Below, piece by piece: positions 9,123-20,902 of a stretch of 64,000 bases of DNA (positions are counted from its first letter, which is position 1; every line of letters starts with the position of its first letter). A program made the translations under genes and the position numbers. The notes below the pieces were generated by a model that saw only the letters and a list, made by a program, of their open reading frames with translations, ran no database searches and was not told the origin of the DNA. The DNA lies in NCBI GenBank assembly GCA_966128725.1, contig CBHYLN010000002.1:23711-87710 (forward strand), written 5' to 3'. The DNA comes from an uncultured bacterium (GTDB taxonomy: Bacteria > Bacteroidota > Ignavibacteria > OLB7).

Positions 9123-9632
9123 GAGAGAAGCACCTGAATGCTGCGTTTGTTCGCCAAAGCTACGGTGGCCAGACCTCGCGGCCAACGTTGCCCTGGGTAA
9201 CTGTTGTGAGCAACCGGTTGCGGCAACCCCCTCATGGTTCCGCAAGCCCGGTTACGACACCGCGGTTGCCAGGGGTGATGGCAACCGCGCCTGCAACAAT
9301 GGGTGGTGTCTTCTCTCTTTCCCGATCGCCCTCTCGATCGTGCTCCGTCGGACCTCCGCGATTCCCCTCCGCACCGATCTCGACATGCGCGTCATGCTGG
9401 ACACATGATGCGACGTTCACGTCGTTTGTGGGCGCAATCTGCACCGGCAACGTTACCGATGCGTTACCGATGGGTAACCTGAATGTTGTGTTTGCGGGCG
9501 CGTGGGTAATTGCGGATTGTGCCGCGGCATCCATGTGGCGAAGCCGGCCGCGTTCAGCATGCCGGCGGAATTATCTTGCGCGCCCCGGCGTTAGGGCCAG
9601 GGATTGCTGGCACGTTCACATGGGATCCCGTA

Positions 9633-11228
9633 ATGAGCAGCACGGAGTTCGATTGCATCGTTGTAGGGGCCGGGCATAACGGCCTTACCACCGCCTGTTA
9701 CCTGGCGCGGGCGGGCATGAGCGTTGCCGTGTTCGAGCGCCGCGAGATGGTGGGCGGCGCGGTGGCCACCGAGGAGATGTTCGGAGGCTATCAGATGGAT
9801 GTTGGCGGCTCGGCCCACATCATGATCCATACCACGCCGGTGGTGAGCGATCTGGAGCTGGAGCGCTTTGGGTTGGATTATATCGAGATGGACCCCTTCG
9901 CCTGGCATCCCACACCCGATGGCCAGTGGATTGCCTACTACCGCGATGTGGACCGCACGTGCCAATCGATTGCGCGCATCAGTCCGCGTGATGCCGACGC
10001 CTACCGCGACTTCATCAATTTCTGGAGCCCGATCAACGACGGCGTGTTCGAGACATTTCTGCGGCTGCCAACGCCCGGCAACCTGTTCCGCACGATGCTG
10101 AGCGGGAAGTTCGGGCGCAAACGCGATGTGGCTTCAACGTTGCGGAAGATCTTCACCAGCTACGGGCAGCTTATCAACGAGACGTTTACGCACGAGTCGG
10201 TACGGGCGTCGTTGCTGTGGCTGGCGGCGCAGTCCGGGCCGCCGCCGTCGGAGCCGGCAACCGCGGATTTCGTGGGCTGGCACTCGATGATCCACAAGTG
10301 CGGCGCCAAGCGCCCGCGCGGCGGCAGCGGCATGCTTACGCAGGCGATGGCGCGGCGGCTGGAGCACGACGGCGGTGTGATCCATACCTCGGCGCCGATT
10401 GCTCGCATTACCGTGCAGGGCGGCCGCGCAACCGGCGTGGAACTGGAAACCGGCGAGCGCTACACCGCACGCCGGGCAGTGGTGGCCGCGGGCCACGTGA
10501 TGACCACCATGTTGAAGCTGGTTGGGCCGGAGCACCTGCCGCCGGAGATGGTGCATCGCGTGGAAAATCTGCGTGTGGGCAACGGCTTCGGCATGGTGTT
10601 GCGATGCGCCTCGCGCGAATTGCCGAATTACACCGCGATGCCGCACACGCCGGGCGCCACCAGCACCAACACGCCGCTGGATTGCCATACCGGCCTTCAG
10701 TTGCTGGCGCCCTCGGCACGATATCTGGACAACGCGTACGCCGATTACCTGCGCGGCGAGAACTCGCGCGACCCGGCCGTGCTGGCAATGACGTTTTCGG
10801 CGATCGATCCCACGCTTGCGCCCGAAGGGAAGCACACGGTGTTTCTCTGGAGCCAGTATCACCCGTACGAGCTGGCCAACGGCGAGCGCTGGGATGATAT
10901 CCGCGAGCGCGAGGCCGGGAAGATCATCGCATCGGCCGCCCGGTTCGCGCCCAATCTGCCCGGCGCAATCACTGATACGTACATCCAGACGCCCCTTGAT
11001 ATCGAGCGCAAGCACGGAATGCTGCGCGGCAATGTGATGCACCTGGAAATGTCGTTCGATCAGATGTTCATCTTTCGCCCAACCCCGGAACTGAGCGACT
11101 ATACAACGCCGATTGCCGGCCTGTATCTGACCGGGGCAAGCACACATCCGGGCGGCGGGATTTTTGCCGCCAGCGGTTATAACACGGCTCACGTTGTTCT
11201 GAAGAAAACACGGTGGCGGAGACGATAG
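9633..11228 (+). CDS. NAD(P)/FAD-dependent oxidoreductase, phytoene desaturase (CrtI) family
   Basis: ATG at 9633 gives MSSTEFDCIVVGAGHNGLTTACYLARAG (Rossmann GxGxxG). The 532-aa length and conserved C-terminal blocks fit the CrtI-like family. The upstream 41 codons of the track ORF are unlikely to be coding. Confidence 0.75.
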   Translation: MSSTEFDCIVVGAGHNGLTTACYLARAGMSVAVFERREMVGGAVATEEMFGGYQMDVGGSAHIMIHTTPVVSDLELERFGLDYIEMDPFAWHPTPDGQWIAYYRDVDRTCQSIARISPRDADAYRDFINFWSPINDGVFETFLRLPTPGNLFRTMLSGKFGRKRDVASTLRKIFTSYGQLINETFTHESVRASLLWLAAQSGPPPSEPATADFVGWHSMIHKCGAKRPRGGSGMLTQAMARRLEHDGGVIHTSAPIARITVQGGRATGVELETGERYTARRAVVAAGHVMTTMLKLVGPEHLPPEMVHRVENLRVGNGFGMVLRCASRELPNYTAMPHTPGATSTNTPLDCHTGLQLLAPSARYLDNAYADYLRGENSRDPAVLAMTFSAIDPTLAPEGKHTVFLWSQYHPYELANGERWDDIREREAGKIIASAARFAPNLPGAITDTYIQTPLDIERKHGMLRGNVMHLEMSFDQMFIFRPTPELSDYTTPIAGLYLTGASTHPGGGIFAASGYNTAHVVLKKTRWRRR

Positions 11229-11643
11229 ATCGGCATTCGCATGTGATTGGTGGATGGCCAGCCGTACGTCATGGCAAGCACTACGGGCAACATCGCCGGG
11301 AACGTTTGGGGACGATGACGGCGATGGCACCGGCGAATGTTTGCGGCTGGGCGGCCTGCCGGCATCGTCGGTTGCCTGTGGTACCCAATCATGTACTCCC
11401 GCCCTGTAAAGCCGTGGTGTAGATTCGGTGCGGCACTGCCATGTATGGCAGGGTGCCACGCATTCCCTGTCCAGTTGGTTCCGCGGAGCATCGCGCCGTT
11501 TCCGGAGTGTCGTGTATAGAGGTCCTGCCCTCACACATCGCACATACTTGCGCTGCCACCATATGCGCCGTGGATTGGACCATCCCGAACATGTTGATCC
11601 CCCATCCAGTCACCGTTCCGTTTTCCAGATCAAGGAGAAAACC

Positions 11644-13191
11644 ATGCACACGTACTGTCGTTATTATGTACGATCAATGGCCGATGCCGGCAGGCACATT
11701 CTGCATCGGCTTCCACTGGCATCGGCCGCGTGCGCGCTGTTGTTGCTGGCGTTTATGATGCTCGGCGGCCCCGCCCGGCTTCAGGCCCAGTGCGGCGACG
11801 GAGTCCACGATTTCTGCAACGATACATGTTGCCAAACCGACGTTCTTCTGCTCAACTCGGGATTCAATCATCTCAGCGGCCGTTTGTACGAGCGTGGTGC
11901 CTCCGATGGTTACTGGGTTGTTACCGAGGACGATTCACCAGAAACCGATGATCCTCGCGCGGCCGTGGTGCTCGATCCGGTTGTTGAAGGGTTCGCCGAT
12001 GCCTATCCCAATACCGCTTGGATCGGCGCCACCGATCCCGGCCCGATAAGCGTCAGCAATGCCACCTACGAGAAGTGCTTCTGCGTGTGCGATTCGTCCA
12101 CCACGCTGACATTCACGTTGAACGTTACGTCCAACGTGGACATGAGGATCCCGGTGTATCTGGATGGCGTGCTTGTAGGAAGCGGACCGGGGGCGGTGAC
12201 CTTCACCCGCACGCTGGGCGCCGGGCGCCATTGCATCAGCATTCCAATTTCCAACGCCGGCCCGCGAGCGGCACTGAATGTGCAGGGAACGATACAGGGC
12301 CATGGGCTGCTGAAGTACAACTGCTGCGGGCCGCTCCCGCTTGCGGTGTCCACCTGCCGGACCAAGCATCTGCAGTTCAGCACAGATGGCACCTGGACCC
12401 TGGTAAGCGGCCCGGCCAATACGGGTTCCTACCCGCGTTGCGCCGACGTGGTTGCGCCGCAGCTCTGGGTGCCGATTGCCGGCACAACCTGGATTGGCCC
12501 CAGCTCGAACGCCGCGTCCGGGCCGCCGATCTCGCCGGCCGTGTACGTATATCGCAAGCATTTCTGCGTGGACAGCGCGGGCACCTATGTGATTACGGTA
12601 CAGTCGATGACCGATGACATCGGCGATATCTATGTGAACGGCGTGAATCTTGGCCCGGCCGGAACCTTCAGCGGCGCCACCACGCAGACGTTCATCGTTG
12701 GCCTTGGCTTCGGCTGCAATTGCATCGAGTTCGAGGTGACCGATCTGTTCTTCAGCATAACTGGGTTGAACGCGAAGATCGATATCCAGGGGGCGGCGCT
12801 GTTGAATCCCGAGTGCTGCGATTGCGGGAGCTGCGCTGCCGGGCAACGGCCGGGGCAGCAACACAACGACCTGGGCGACGGCGGCAATGCACGGATGAGC
12901 GGCGTTGGGCACAACGCGACCGATCGAGTGGCGGCACGCCCGATGTTGGTGAGCATCCCCAACCCGGCGAACGGCGAATCGGTGGTGCATTACGTGATCG
13001 ACGCCGACGCCCATGCCCAGCTTGAGCTGTACGATGCGGCCGGGCATCGCGTGCTGGTGGTGGACGATGGCGCGCGCACCCGTGGCGCCCATGAGGTGCC
13101 GTTGGTGACCAAGGGGCTGCCGGCGGGCGCATACCATCTGCGCCTTACCTACGGCGAGCAACACCTGACAGTGCCGTTGAACGTGCGGTAG
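11644..13191 (+). CDS. Cysteine-rich secreted protein with a T9SS C-terminal sorting domain (hypothetical cargo)
   Basis: Start MHTYCRYYVRSMADAGRHILHRLPLASAACALLLLAF... (signal peptide). More than 30 Cys in CC/CxC clusters. The last 80 aa (PMLVSIPNPANGESVVHYV...GAYHLRLTYGEQHLTVPLNVR) match the T9SS CTD pattern. Confidence 0.65.
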   Translation: MHTYCRYYVRSMADAGRHILHRLPLASAACALLLLAFMMLGGPARLQAQCGDGVHDFCNDTCCQTDVLLLNSGFNHLSGRLYERGASDGYWVVTEDDSPETDDPRAAVVLDPVVEGFADAYPNTAWIGATDPGPISVSNATYEKCFCVCDSSTTLTFTLNVTSNVDMRIPVYLDGVLVGSGPGAVTFTRTLGAGRHCISIPISNAGPRAALNVQGTIQGHGLLKYNCCGPLPLAVSTCRTKHLQFSTDGTWTLVSGPANTGSYPRCADVVAPQLWVPIAGTTWIGPSSNAASGPPISPAVYVYRKHFCVDSAGTYVITVQSMTDDIGDIYVNGVNLGPAGTFSGATTQTFIVGLGFGCNCIEFEVTDLFFSITGLNAKIDIQGAALLNPECCDCGSCAAGQRPGQQHNDLGDGGNARMSGVGHNATDRVAARPMLVSIPNPANGESVVHYVIDADAHAQLELYDAAGHRVLVVDDGARTRGAHEVPLVTKGLPAGAYHLRLTYGEQHLTVPLNVR

Positions 13192-13309
13192 GTGTTCGAT
13201 GCACGATGCGGAGCCTGGCACGATAACGCAGGGCAGTGAGGCGTATCGTACGCCGTGGCCCTGTGCCGGCAGGCATCCGTTATCCGGCGATCAGTCCGCG
13301 AAGTCGTTG

Positions 13310-13354
13310 AACAACAAACGGGCCGTGCCTATCATGTGAAAGGCACGGCCCGTT
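13310..13354. terminator. Bidirectional intrinsic-terminator-like hairpin between convergent genes
   Basis: Perfect 13-bp stem AACGGGCCGTGCC / GGCACGGCCCGTT with a 12-nt loop. On the minus strand it is followed by UUGUUGUU. Confidence 0.55.
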
Positions 13355-13388
13355 ATACTTCAGTGAGGGCGGCGAACGTTGGTATCGG

Positions 13389-14045
13389 CTACCAGGCGTA
13401 CCCGATCGTCAACTTCGCGCCGGGCGTAAGACCCTTTTCGGCGCTGCCAAGGCCAATCACGTTCTGGGCCGTTGTTGGCACGATGTTCAGATCCGCGCCC
13501 AACGCAAGCTGCGTGGTGCAATCCTCGAACACCGAAAAAGTCCAGCCGGTGTACAGGCCAAGCGAGATGGGTGTTTCCGATCGGCGATCAACTCGCGAGC
13601 CGCCGGCATCGTACACGTAGTCATCGTAGGAGATCGATGTCAACGAAAATGTCGGGCTGATGTAGAAGCCGCGGAAGGAACGCTTGGCCACATAGAACTG
13701 CGCGTCGAGCGTGAACCCGAAGCCGCTGAGCTCATCCGGCGCAAATGTGGTTGGGGCCTGGATGCCGCCGCCAACGGCGATCAACGGCGTAAGCGCATAG
13801 TGGTAGTTGATGTTGTACATCATCCAGAACTTGATCGGGTCCACCGAGATCATGTGCGACCGTGGCGTGATGTCCTCGCGTTTGGAGAGCGAAACCACGC
13901 TGGATGTGGTAACTACCTTGCCGGTTGTGGAATCCACCTGGGTCTGCGACTCGGTTCTGGTTTCTTCAACAGTTTTGGTTTGGGCCGCGGCCCCTGCAAC
14001 TATCAGAAGCCCGGTAAGTACCGTCGTGATGATGATTCGTTTCAT
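13389..14045 (-). CDS. Outer-membrane beta-barrel-type protein (hypothetical)
   Basis: ATG at 14045 gives MKRIIITTVLTGLLIVAGAAAQ (signal peptide). Alternating hydrophobic pattern with an aromatic C-terminus (...LTIGYAW). Confidence 0.55.
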   Translation of the reverse strand: MKRIIITTVLTGLLIVAGAAAQTKTVEETRTESQTQVDSTTGKVVTTSSVVSLSKREDITPRSHMISVDPIKFWMMYNINYHYALTPLIAVGGGIQAPTTFAPDELSGFGFTLDAQFYVAKRSFRGFYISPTFSLTSISYDDYVYDAGGSRVDRRSETPISLGLYTGWTFSVFEDCTTQLALGADLNIVPTTAQNVIGLGSAEKGLTPGAKLTIGYAW

Positions 14046-14404
14046 GCGATCTCTCCGATTTTCCCGCGGCATCGATTGCCGCATGGTTTTCACAAACGTT
14101 CTGGCGCGCCGCTTGCCTGTGTGCGATGACACACGGTCCGGCGCAATGTAACACTGCTGGCGCATGCAGCCGTGTTGGTGCCGGTCGGACATGGCATGCG
14201 CTGCAAGGTTCAACCGGGTTGGGGTGTCAGGGTCGTACAGGCTGAATTGTCACGAAACCGAACCCAAGGGCCAAGGTTGATATGCCATGGCTGGTTGTCG
14301 CGGCGGACAATGTAGCGTGTCGGCATGCCCCGATATGCTATCTTCGCGCAATTTCTCACGAAACAGTGGGCACCTGCTCACATGTTAAACGATAGGTCTG
14401 ACGT

Positions 14405-15109
14405 ATGAAACGCATTCTTTTGTCGATCGTGGCTGTTGCCGCGGTCGCATCCTTGATGCTTGTTGGCAACCCTGGTGTTGCCACGGCGCAGTTTGGATTT
14501 GGAGCGGGTCTTGTGGCTGCCGGCGACAACGTGTCGCAGGCGCAGGGTGAGCTTGCCGATCTTTTTGCCAAGGAAAACATTTCCGCGGGCGATATCTCGG
14601 GTGATATCGGGCTGTATCTCTCCGGACGCTTCCGCCTTGGCATGGGGCCTGTTCGCCTGTTGGGCGATGCCTCGTACCTGTTCTTCAAGGCCAAGGAGGT
14701 GACGCTTACCGAGGCCTCGGCAAATCCGGGCGATACCTCGGCATCCGGCACATTCGACGTTGGCACATCGATGTATCCCATCGCGGCCGGTGTGGCCTTC
14801 GCGCTGCCGATTCCGGTGGTGAAGCCATATGTGGGCGCGCAGCTCAGCTATACCCTTATCAACCGCACATTCACGCGTGTAAGCGGCGGGGCCGATTGGC
14901 AGACGCTGGGCGTGGAAAACAAGAGCGCCGGCGACCCGGAGCTTGGCATGACGGTGAATGCCGGCGCCGAGTTCAATCTGGCCTTCGCAACGCTTGATGT
15001 GGGTGCGCGTTATAACCTGACCAATCTGTTCTCTCAGGAAAACGGTGAGGCCCAGATGCGCTACCTGCAGGTAGGGGCGTCGCTGTTCTTTGGCTCTTCC
15101 GGAAACTGA
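14405..15109 (+). CDS. Outer-membrane beta-barrel protein (OmpW/porin-like, hypothetical)
   Basis: Signal peptide MKRILLSIVAVAAVASLMLVGNPGVATAQ, amphipathic beta-strands and a C-terminal ...LFFGSSGN. Confidence 0.6.
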   Translation: MKRILLSIVAVAAVASLMLVGNPGVATAQFGFGAGLVAAGDNVSQAQGELADLFAKENISAGDISGDIGLYLSGRFRLGMGPVRLLGDASYLFFKAKEVTLTEASANPGDTSASGTFDVGTSMYPIAAGVAFALPIPVVKPYVGAQLSYTLINRTFTRVSGGADWQTLGVENKSAGDPELGMTVNAGAEFNLAFATLDVGARYNLTNLFSQENGEAQMRYLQVGASLFFGSSGN

Positions 15110-15125
15110 GCGCTACGCGAGCCAT

Positions 15126-16058
15126 ATGACGATAATCGACCTTACCTGGCGCCTTCCAGGTCCATTGGCAACATATTTCCTGGCGCGCCAGGGGATGACG
15201 GTGATCAAATACGAGGATGCCTCGCACCGCGATCCATTTCTGAAGTGGGCCTGGGACCCCGCCTTTGCCGAGGTGTACCATGCCTTCCAGAGCGTGAAGC
15301 AGTTGCGGCTGATCGATTTCGGCTCGGCCGCCGATGTGGCGGCCCTGCACGAGCAGATACGCAACGCCGATGCGGTGGTGATGAGTTTCCCGCCGCGCGT
15401 GGAGGAAAAGCTGGGGCTTACCGAACAGGCGATCGCCTCGGGGTTCGCCGGCGTTTCCTTCACGCGCCTTGGCTTCCGTCCCGGCGACGATCACTCGGCG
15501 CACGATCTCAACTCGATGGCGCAAAGCCATCTGTTGAAGATGCATATCCTGGACCGCACCGACGATATCATCGCGCCGCCGTTTCTGCCGGTGACCGGTA
15601 TGTTCTTCTCGTATCACATCGGCATCACCGTGCTGGCCACGGTATTGCAGCAGCAGGCGCGTGCCGCACACGGCGTTACCGAGCCTATTCAGAACTGGTG
15701 TTATCTGCAGGACGCGGTGGACCAGGCGCAGCAGGCGTATTATCCGGCGTCGATCCAGGAGCGCACGCCCGCCACGTTTCTGCACAACGGGCGTTTCCCA
15801 TGCTACAACATCTACCGTACGGCCGACGGCGGGTATCTGGCGGTGGCCGCGGTGGAGCCCAAGTTCTGGGCGCGGTTCCGCGAGTTGGCCGGCCTGGCGC
15901 AGCTCTCCGATGATGACGGCCTTGTTGACGGCGAACGAGCGGTGCAGGTGAAGGCGGCCATCCTTGCCGCAGTGCGCTCGCGGACTACCGACGAGTGGCG
16001 TGCCATCTTCGCCGGGCACGATGCGTGCGTGGATCTGGTGGGGCCGTTTGTCGGGTAG
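15126..16058 (+). CDS. CoA-transferase family III (CaiB/BaiF-like), unusually short
   Basis: N-terminal IIDLTWRLPGPLATYFLARQGMTVIKYE matches the family signature. 310 aa versus ~400 typical; the C-terminal small domain appears to be missing. Confidence 0.6.
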   Translation: MTIIDLTWRLPGPLATYFLARQGMTVIKYEDASHRDPFLKWAWDPAFAEVYHAFQSVKQLRLIDFGSAADVAALHEQIRNADAVVMSFPPRVEEKLGLTEQAIASGFAGVSFTRLGFRPGDDHSAHDLNSMAQSHLLKMHILDRTDDIIAPPFLPVTGMFFSYHIGITVLATVLQQQARAAHGVTEPIQNWCYLQDAVDQAQQAYYPASIQERTPATFLHNGRFPCYNIYRTADGGYLAVAAVEPKFWARFRELAGLAQLSDDDGLVDGERAVQVKAAILAAVRSRTTDEWRAIFAGHDACVDLVGPFVG

Positions 16059-16159
16059 GGCAGAGAGGGGTGTGAGGGGCGTTGCGCCGGTGTTGAATCC
16101 GTTGAAGTACTGTACAGCCCGGCATTGGCCATGTTGCCGATGCCGATCCTCGAAAATCA

Positions 16160-16195
16160 AACGGCCCGTTCATGCATATGCACGAACGGGCCGTT
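16160..16195. terminator. Bidirectional intrinsic-terminator-like hairpin
   Basis: Perfect 12-bp stem AACGGCCCGTTC / GAACGGGCCGTT with a 12-nt loop. The minus-strand side is followed by UUGAUUUUCG. It lies between convergent genes. Confidence 0.55.
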
Positions 16196-16223
16196 GCTGC
16201 TTTGCGGGCAAGTGCCCGATCGG

Positions 16224-16982
16224 TTAGCGCTTTACCAGACCGTCGAGCGAAACGATGTATTCCTTGGCCGCGTCGTCATACCGTACGGTGTACTTCGTGG
16301 CGTAGTAGACCCCTGTCTTCGGGTACATGGCAGGCACCTTCATGTCCACGGTGGAGTTCGGGCGGGTAAGCATGTACTCGCGTGTGATCATCGGCTCGGT
16401 GAAGATCATCTTGCCGTCATAGTAGCCGTAGATCATCGTCCGCGTGAACGAGCCATTCGGCTGGAACTCGGAGGATGTCGGGTCGGCCCAATGCACGCCC
16501 ATGCGCGGCACCACGTTGACGGTGGAGATATATCCGGCCGGCACATGGTTCGTATCGGGCGCATTCATTGCCTTCACCGTATCGGCCGGGGTAATGCCAT
16601 CGCGCTCGGCGCTGGTGATCTGATAGAAGTGGAAGTCGAAGTGCGGGAACGTGTAGATATGATCCGGCTCGTGCCCGTGCGAATTCCAGTCCAGGCCCAT
16701 GTGATCGTATCCGGTGGCCGCGATCTGTGCCGGGAAGGTCAACGTGTACTCCGCGTCGCTGGCCGGGAGGCTGCCCATGGCCGCTTCGTTGATCGCAACG
16801 CCAACCGAGGTCGGGTTGCCGTCCTTGTCGAGCGTTACCATAGTGCGGGCCGAACCGGAACCCACGGTCACAGGAGTGCCGTAGAATGTGCCGCTCTTGT
16901 CGGTGGATACGGGATCGGTTGTGCAACCGGCTGCCAATACCAATGCCGACATCGATGCCAGAATGATTGCTGTGCGTTTCAT
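16224..16982 (-). CDS. Lipoprotein, hypothetical
   Basis: ATG at 16982 gives MKRTAIILASMSALVLAAGCTT (lipobox LAAGC). The track ORF extends further upstream, but the signal peptide supports the internal start. Confidence 0.6.
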   Translation of the reverse strand: MKRTAIILASMSALVLAAGCTTDPVSTDKSGTFYGTPVTVGSGSARTMVTLDKDGNPTSVGVAINEAAMGSLPASDAEYTLTFPAQIAATGYDHMGLDWNSHGHEPDHIYTFPHFDFHFYQITSAERDGITPADTVKAMNAPDTNHVPAGYISTVNVVPRMGVHWADPTSSEFQPNGSFTRTMIYGYYDGKMIFTEPMITREYMLTRPNSTVDMKVPAMYPKTGVYYATKYTVRYDDAAKEYIVSLDGLVKR

Positions 16983-17505
16983 TACCACAAATGCGTTTGT
17001 TATGTGAAAGGGTTGGACATGACTCACAAACCTTCTAATCGACCATGATGGCAATGGTGCCACACGATCGAGTGCGCGCGCATCGGCGGAACAGCCTGAT
17101 GTGTTAGGGTTTTGCATTGCTTTGCGTGGATGCCATGGGCGGGGCATCGCATCGCGAAGTTCGGAGGGTGCCTACGCCAACGATGCGCGCGGGTTGCACG
17201 TTCGGTCCGCCAAAAGGCGTAACAGACCGTTTGCAGGGATTGCCGTAGTGCAATGGACGGGTGAGGATGTTGGGCCGCGAATATACAGGTCAACAGCACC
17301 TCACGCAAATTCCTCACGTGGTTTGATGACCAGCACGCGATTGTGCCCCAACGCGTGTTCCGATCCTTCGGCGTTTGAATCGCAATACGAGTAATCGCGA
17401 TGGATGGATTTCGCCCGCTCCACTCCCTTGCCTGCCGGTTGAGGTTGTTTCCAGTGTTGATGTGTGTTCGCCTGCCCAGGCGACATGGTACCCTTCAGGG
17501 GCAGC

Positions 17506-17534
17506 TTGACAGCCCCAATCTCATCGGGTATATT
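17506..17534 (+). promoter_or_regulatory. Near-consensus sigma70-type promoter (TTGACA-17 nt-TATATT), ~390 nt upstream of the mutase ATG
   Basis: TTGACA at 17506-17511, 17-nt spacer, TATATT at 17529-17534, reading rightwards. Applicability to this organism's housekeeping sigma is inference. Confidence 0.45.
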
Positions 17535-17925
17535 CCGGCCAGTTCTCACTTCCTCTCAGCATGGTTGCTTCCAACATGTTTGTACTGAAACGCGGCGGTT
17601 GAGTTTGATCAGGGCATGGTGTGCCTGTCCCTGGATCAGCAGGAGAAACGTTGTGCCGATAACGGTGATGGGGCTTGCCCGTGTTGCATGCGGCAAGCGT
17701 CGGTGGTTGGCCAAGTAAGCGTATCGAACCCGGACTCAGCGAAACCGCTCGCCCTCCAGACGAGCGGTTTCGCCCGTTATGGGCGTGGTCCGTCGGTTCC
17801 AGGATCGGCGCCGATGCCGATGTTTTGGTGTGTTCCGTTTACATGCCTTGATTTCTCCATCGGATTGCCTTGCGTATCTTCACCATCAGTGATACAACCG
17901 AACAGCAACCAGTAGAACGGACCAC

Positions 17926-19647
<1,722 letters not shown>

Positions 19648-19887
19648 GTTCCGCGCCGGGCTTTGTTGTACGGTGTTCCTTCGATCGTGTTGAATGCGCC
19701 GGGCCGCACGGGCCTCGGTGATTCAGGTTGCACGACGATGCTGCGCGCATGGCGCAACGTTTGTTGATATGATTGCTTCGTGGTGCCGGGGCTTGGCTCC
19801 GGCACTCACGCACCCGCAGCATGTTCCCCTTCCCGCGTGGCGACCGCCGCGAACGTTTCCGCGTATTACTCAGGATCAACCAGCGCA

Positions 19888-20757
19888 ATGACTGAACAAC
19901 CAGGACAGGAACATCTCCATACGGCATCGGCCGGGGGGTATACGCCCGAGGGGGCGCATACGGATTTCACAACCGAGATGAGCTACGGCTCGTATCTCGC
20001 GTTGGAGCAACTGCTGAGCGCGCAGCATCCGGTATCCAGCGAGCACAACGAGATGTTGTTCATCGTGCAGCATCAGACCACCGAGTTATGGATGAAGCTT
20101 GTGCTGCACGAGCTGCGTGCCGCCAACCAGCATGTATGCAACGATGACTTGCAGCCTGCGTTCAAGATGCTGGCGCGGGTTAGCCGCATCATGCTGCAGT
20201 TGATTCAGGCCTGGGATGTGCTTGCCACGCTTACACCAAGCGAGTACCTGCTGTTCCGCGACAAACTGGGCCACTCCTCCGGATTTCAATCGTATCAGTA
20301 TCGCGCCATCGAGTTCATGCTGGGCAACAAGAATCGGGGGATGATGGCCCCGCATCGCCACATGGCCGAGACGCACGCCGAGCTGCAGAACGTGCTGGAG
20401 AGCCCCAGCCTGTACGACGAGGCGTTGCGCCTGCTTGCGCGTCGCGGCATCGAGGTGGACCCCGCCGTGTTGGAACGCGATTGGAGCCAGCCCTACGTGG
20501 CCAACGAATCGGTGGAGCGTGCCTGGGCAACGGTGTATCGCGACACCGCCCACCATTGGGATCTGTACGAGCTTGCCGAGAAGCTGGTGGACCTTGAGGA
20601 TTACTTCCGTCAGTGGCGATTCCGCCACGTGACCACCGTTGAACGCGTGATCGGGTTCCGGCGCGGCACGGGCGGAACGGCCGGTGTGGAGTACCTGCGG
20701 AAGATGCTGGCCGTGCGACTGTTCCCCGAGCTCTGGGATCTGCGCACCGCGCTGTAA
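19888..20757 (+). CDS. kynA: Tryptophan 2,3-dioxygenase
   Basis: ATG at 19888 gives MTEQPGQE... [18 protein letters not shown]...[14 protein letters not shown]...FRHV, matching the TDO family. Confidence 0.85.
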   Translation: MTEQPGQEHLHTASAGGYTPEGAHTDFTTEMSYGSYLALEQLLSAQHPVSSEHNEMLFIVQHQTTELWMKLVLHELRAANQHVCNDDLQPAFKMLARVSRIMLQLIQAWDVLATLTPSEYLLFRDKLGHSSGFQSYQYRAIEFMLGNKNRGMMAPHRHMAETHAELQNVLESPSLYDEALRLLARRGIEVDPAVLERDWSQPYVANESVERAWATVYRDTAHHWDLYELAEKLVDLEDYFRQWRFRHVTTVERVIGFRRGTGGTAGVEYLRKMLAVRLFPELWDLRTAL

Positions 20758-20902
20758 TACGATACGGAGTACGGGGGCCCTGCCGCCGCCATGCATCATA
20801 TATCAGTGTGCCGGGTATCCGCCGCCTGAAGGCGCGAGCAACGGTCATTGATTCTGTTTACCCACTCATTCATCGACTCATATGTAGCACGGAGGTGCCG
20901 CG

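Noticed and set aside
10134-11543. 469-aa minus-strand ORF
   Set aside because: Antisense to the CrtI-family gene. Arg/Pro/Gly-rich artefact.
11935-13221. 428-aa minus-strand ORF
   Set aside because: Antisense to the Cys-rich T9SS cargo gene.
14973-16160. 395-aa minus-strand ORF
   Set aside because: Antisense to the CoA-transferase gene.
17616-17915. 99-aa ORF with a CADNGDGACPCC motif just upstream of the mutase gene
   Set aside because: Third-codon-position GC is much lower than in neighbouring genes, and there is no signal or family. Treated as part of a noncoding leader, though the Cys motif is curious.
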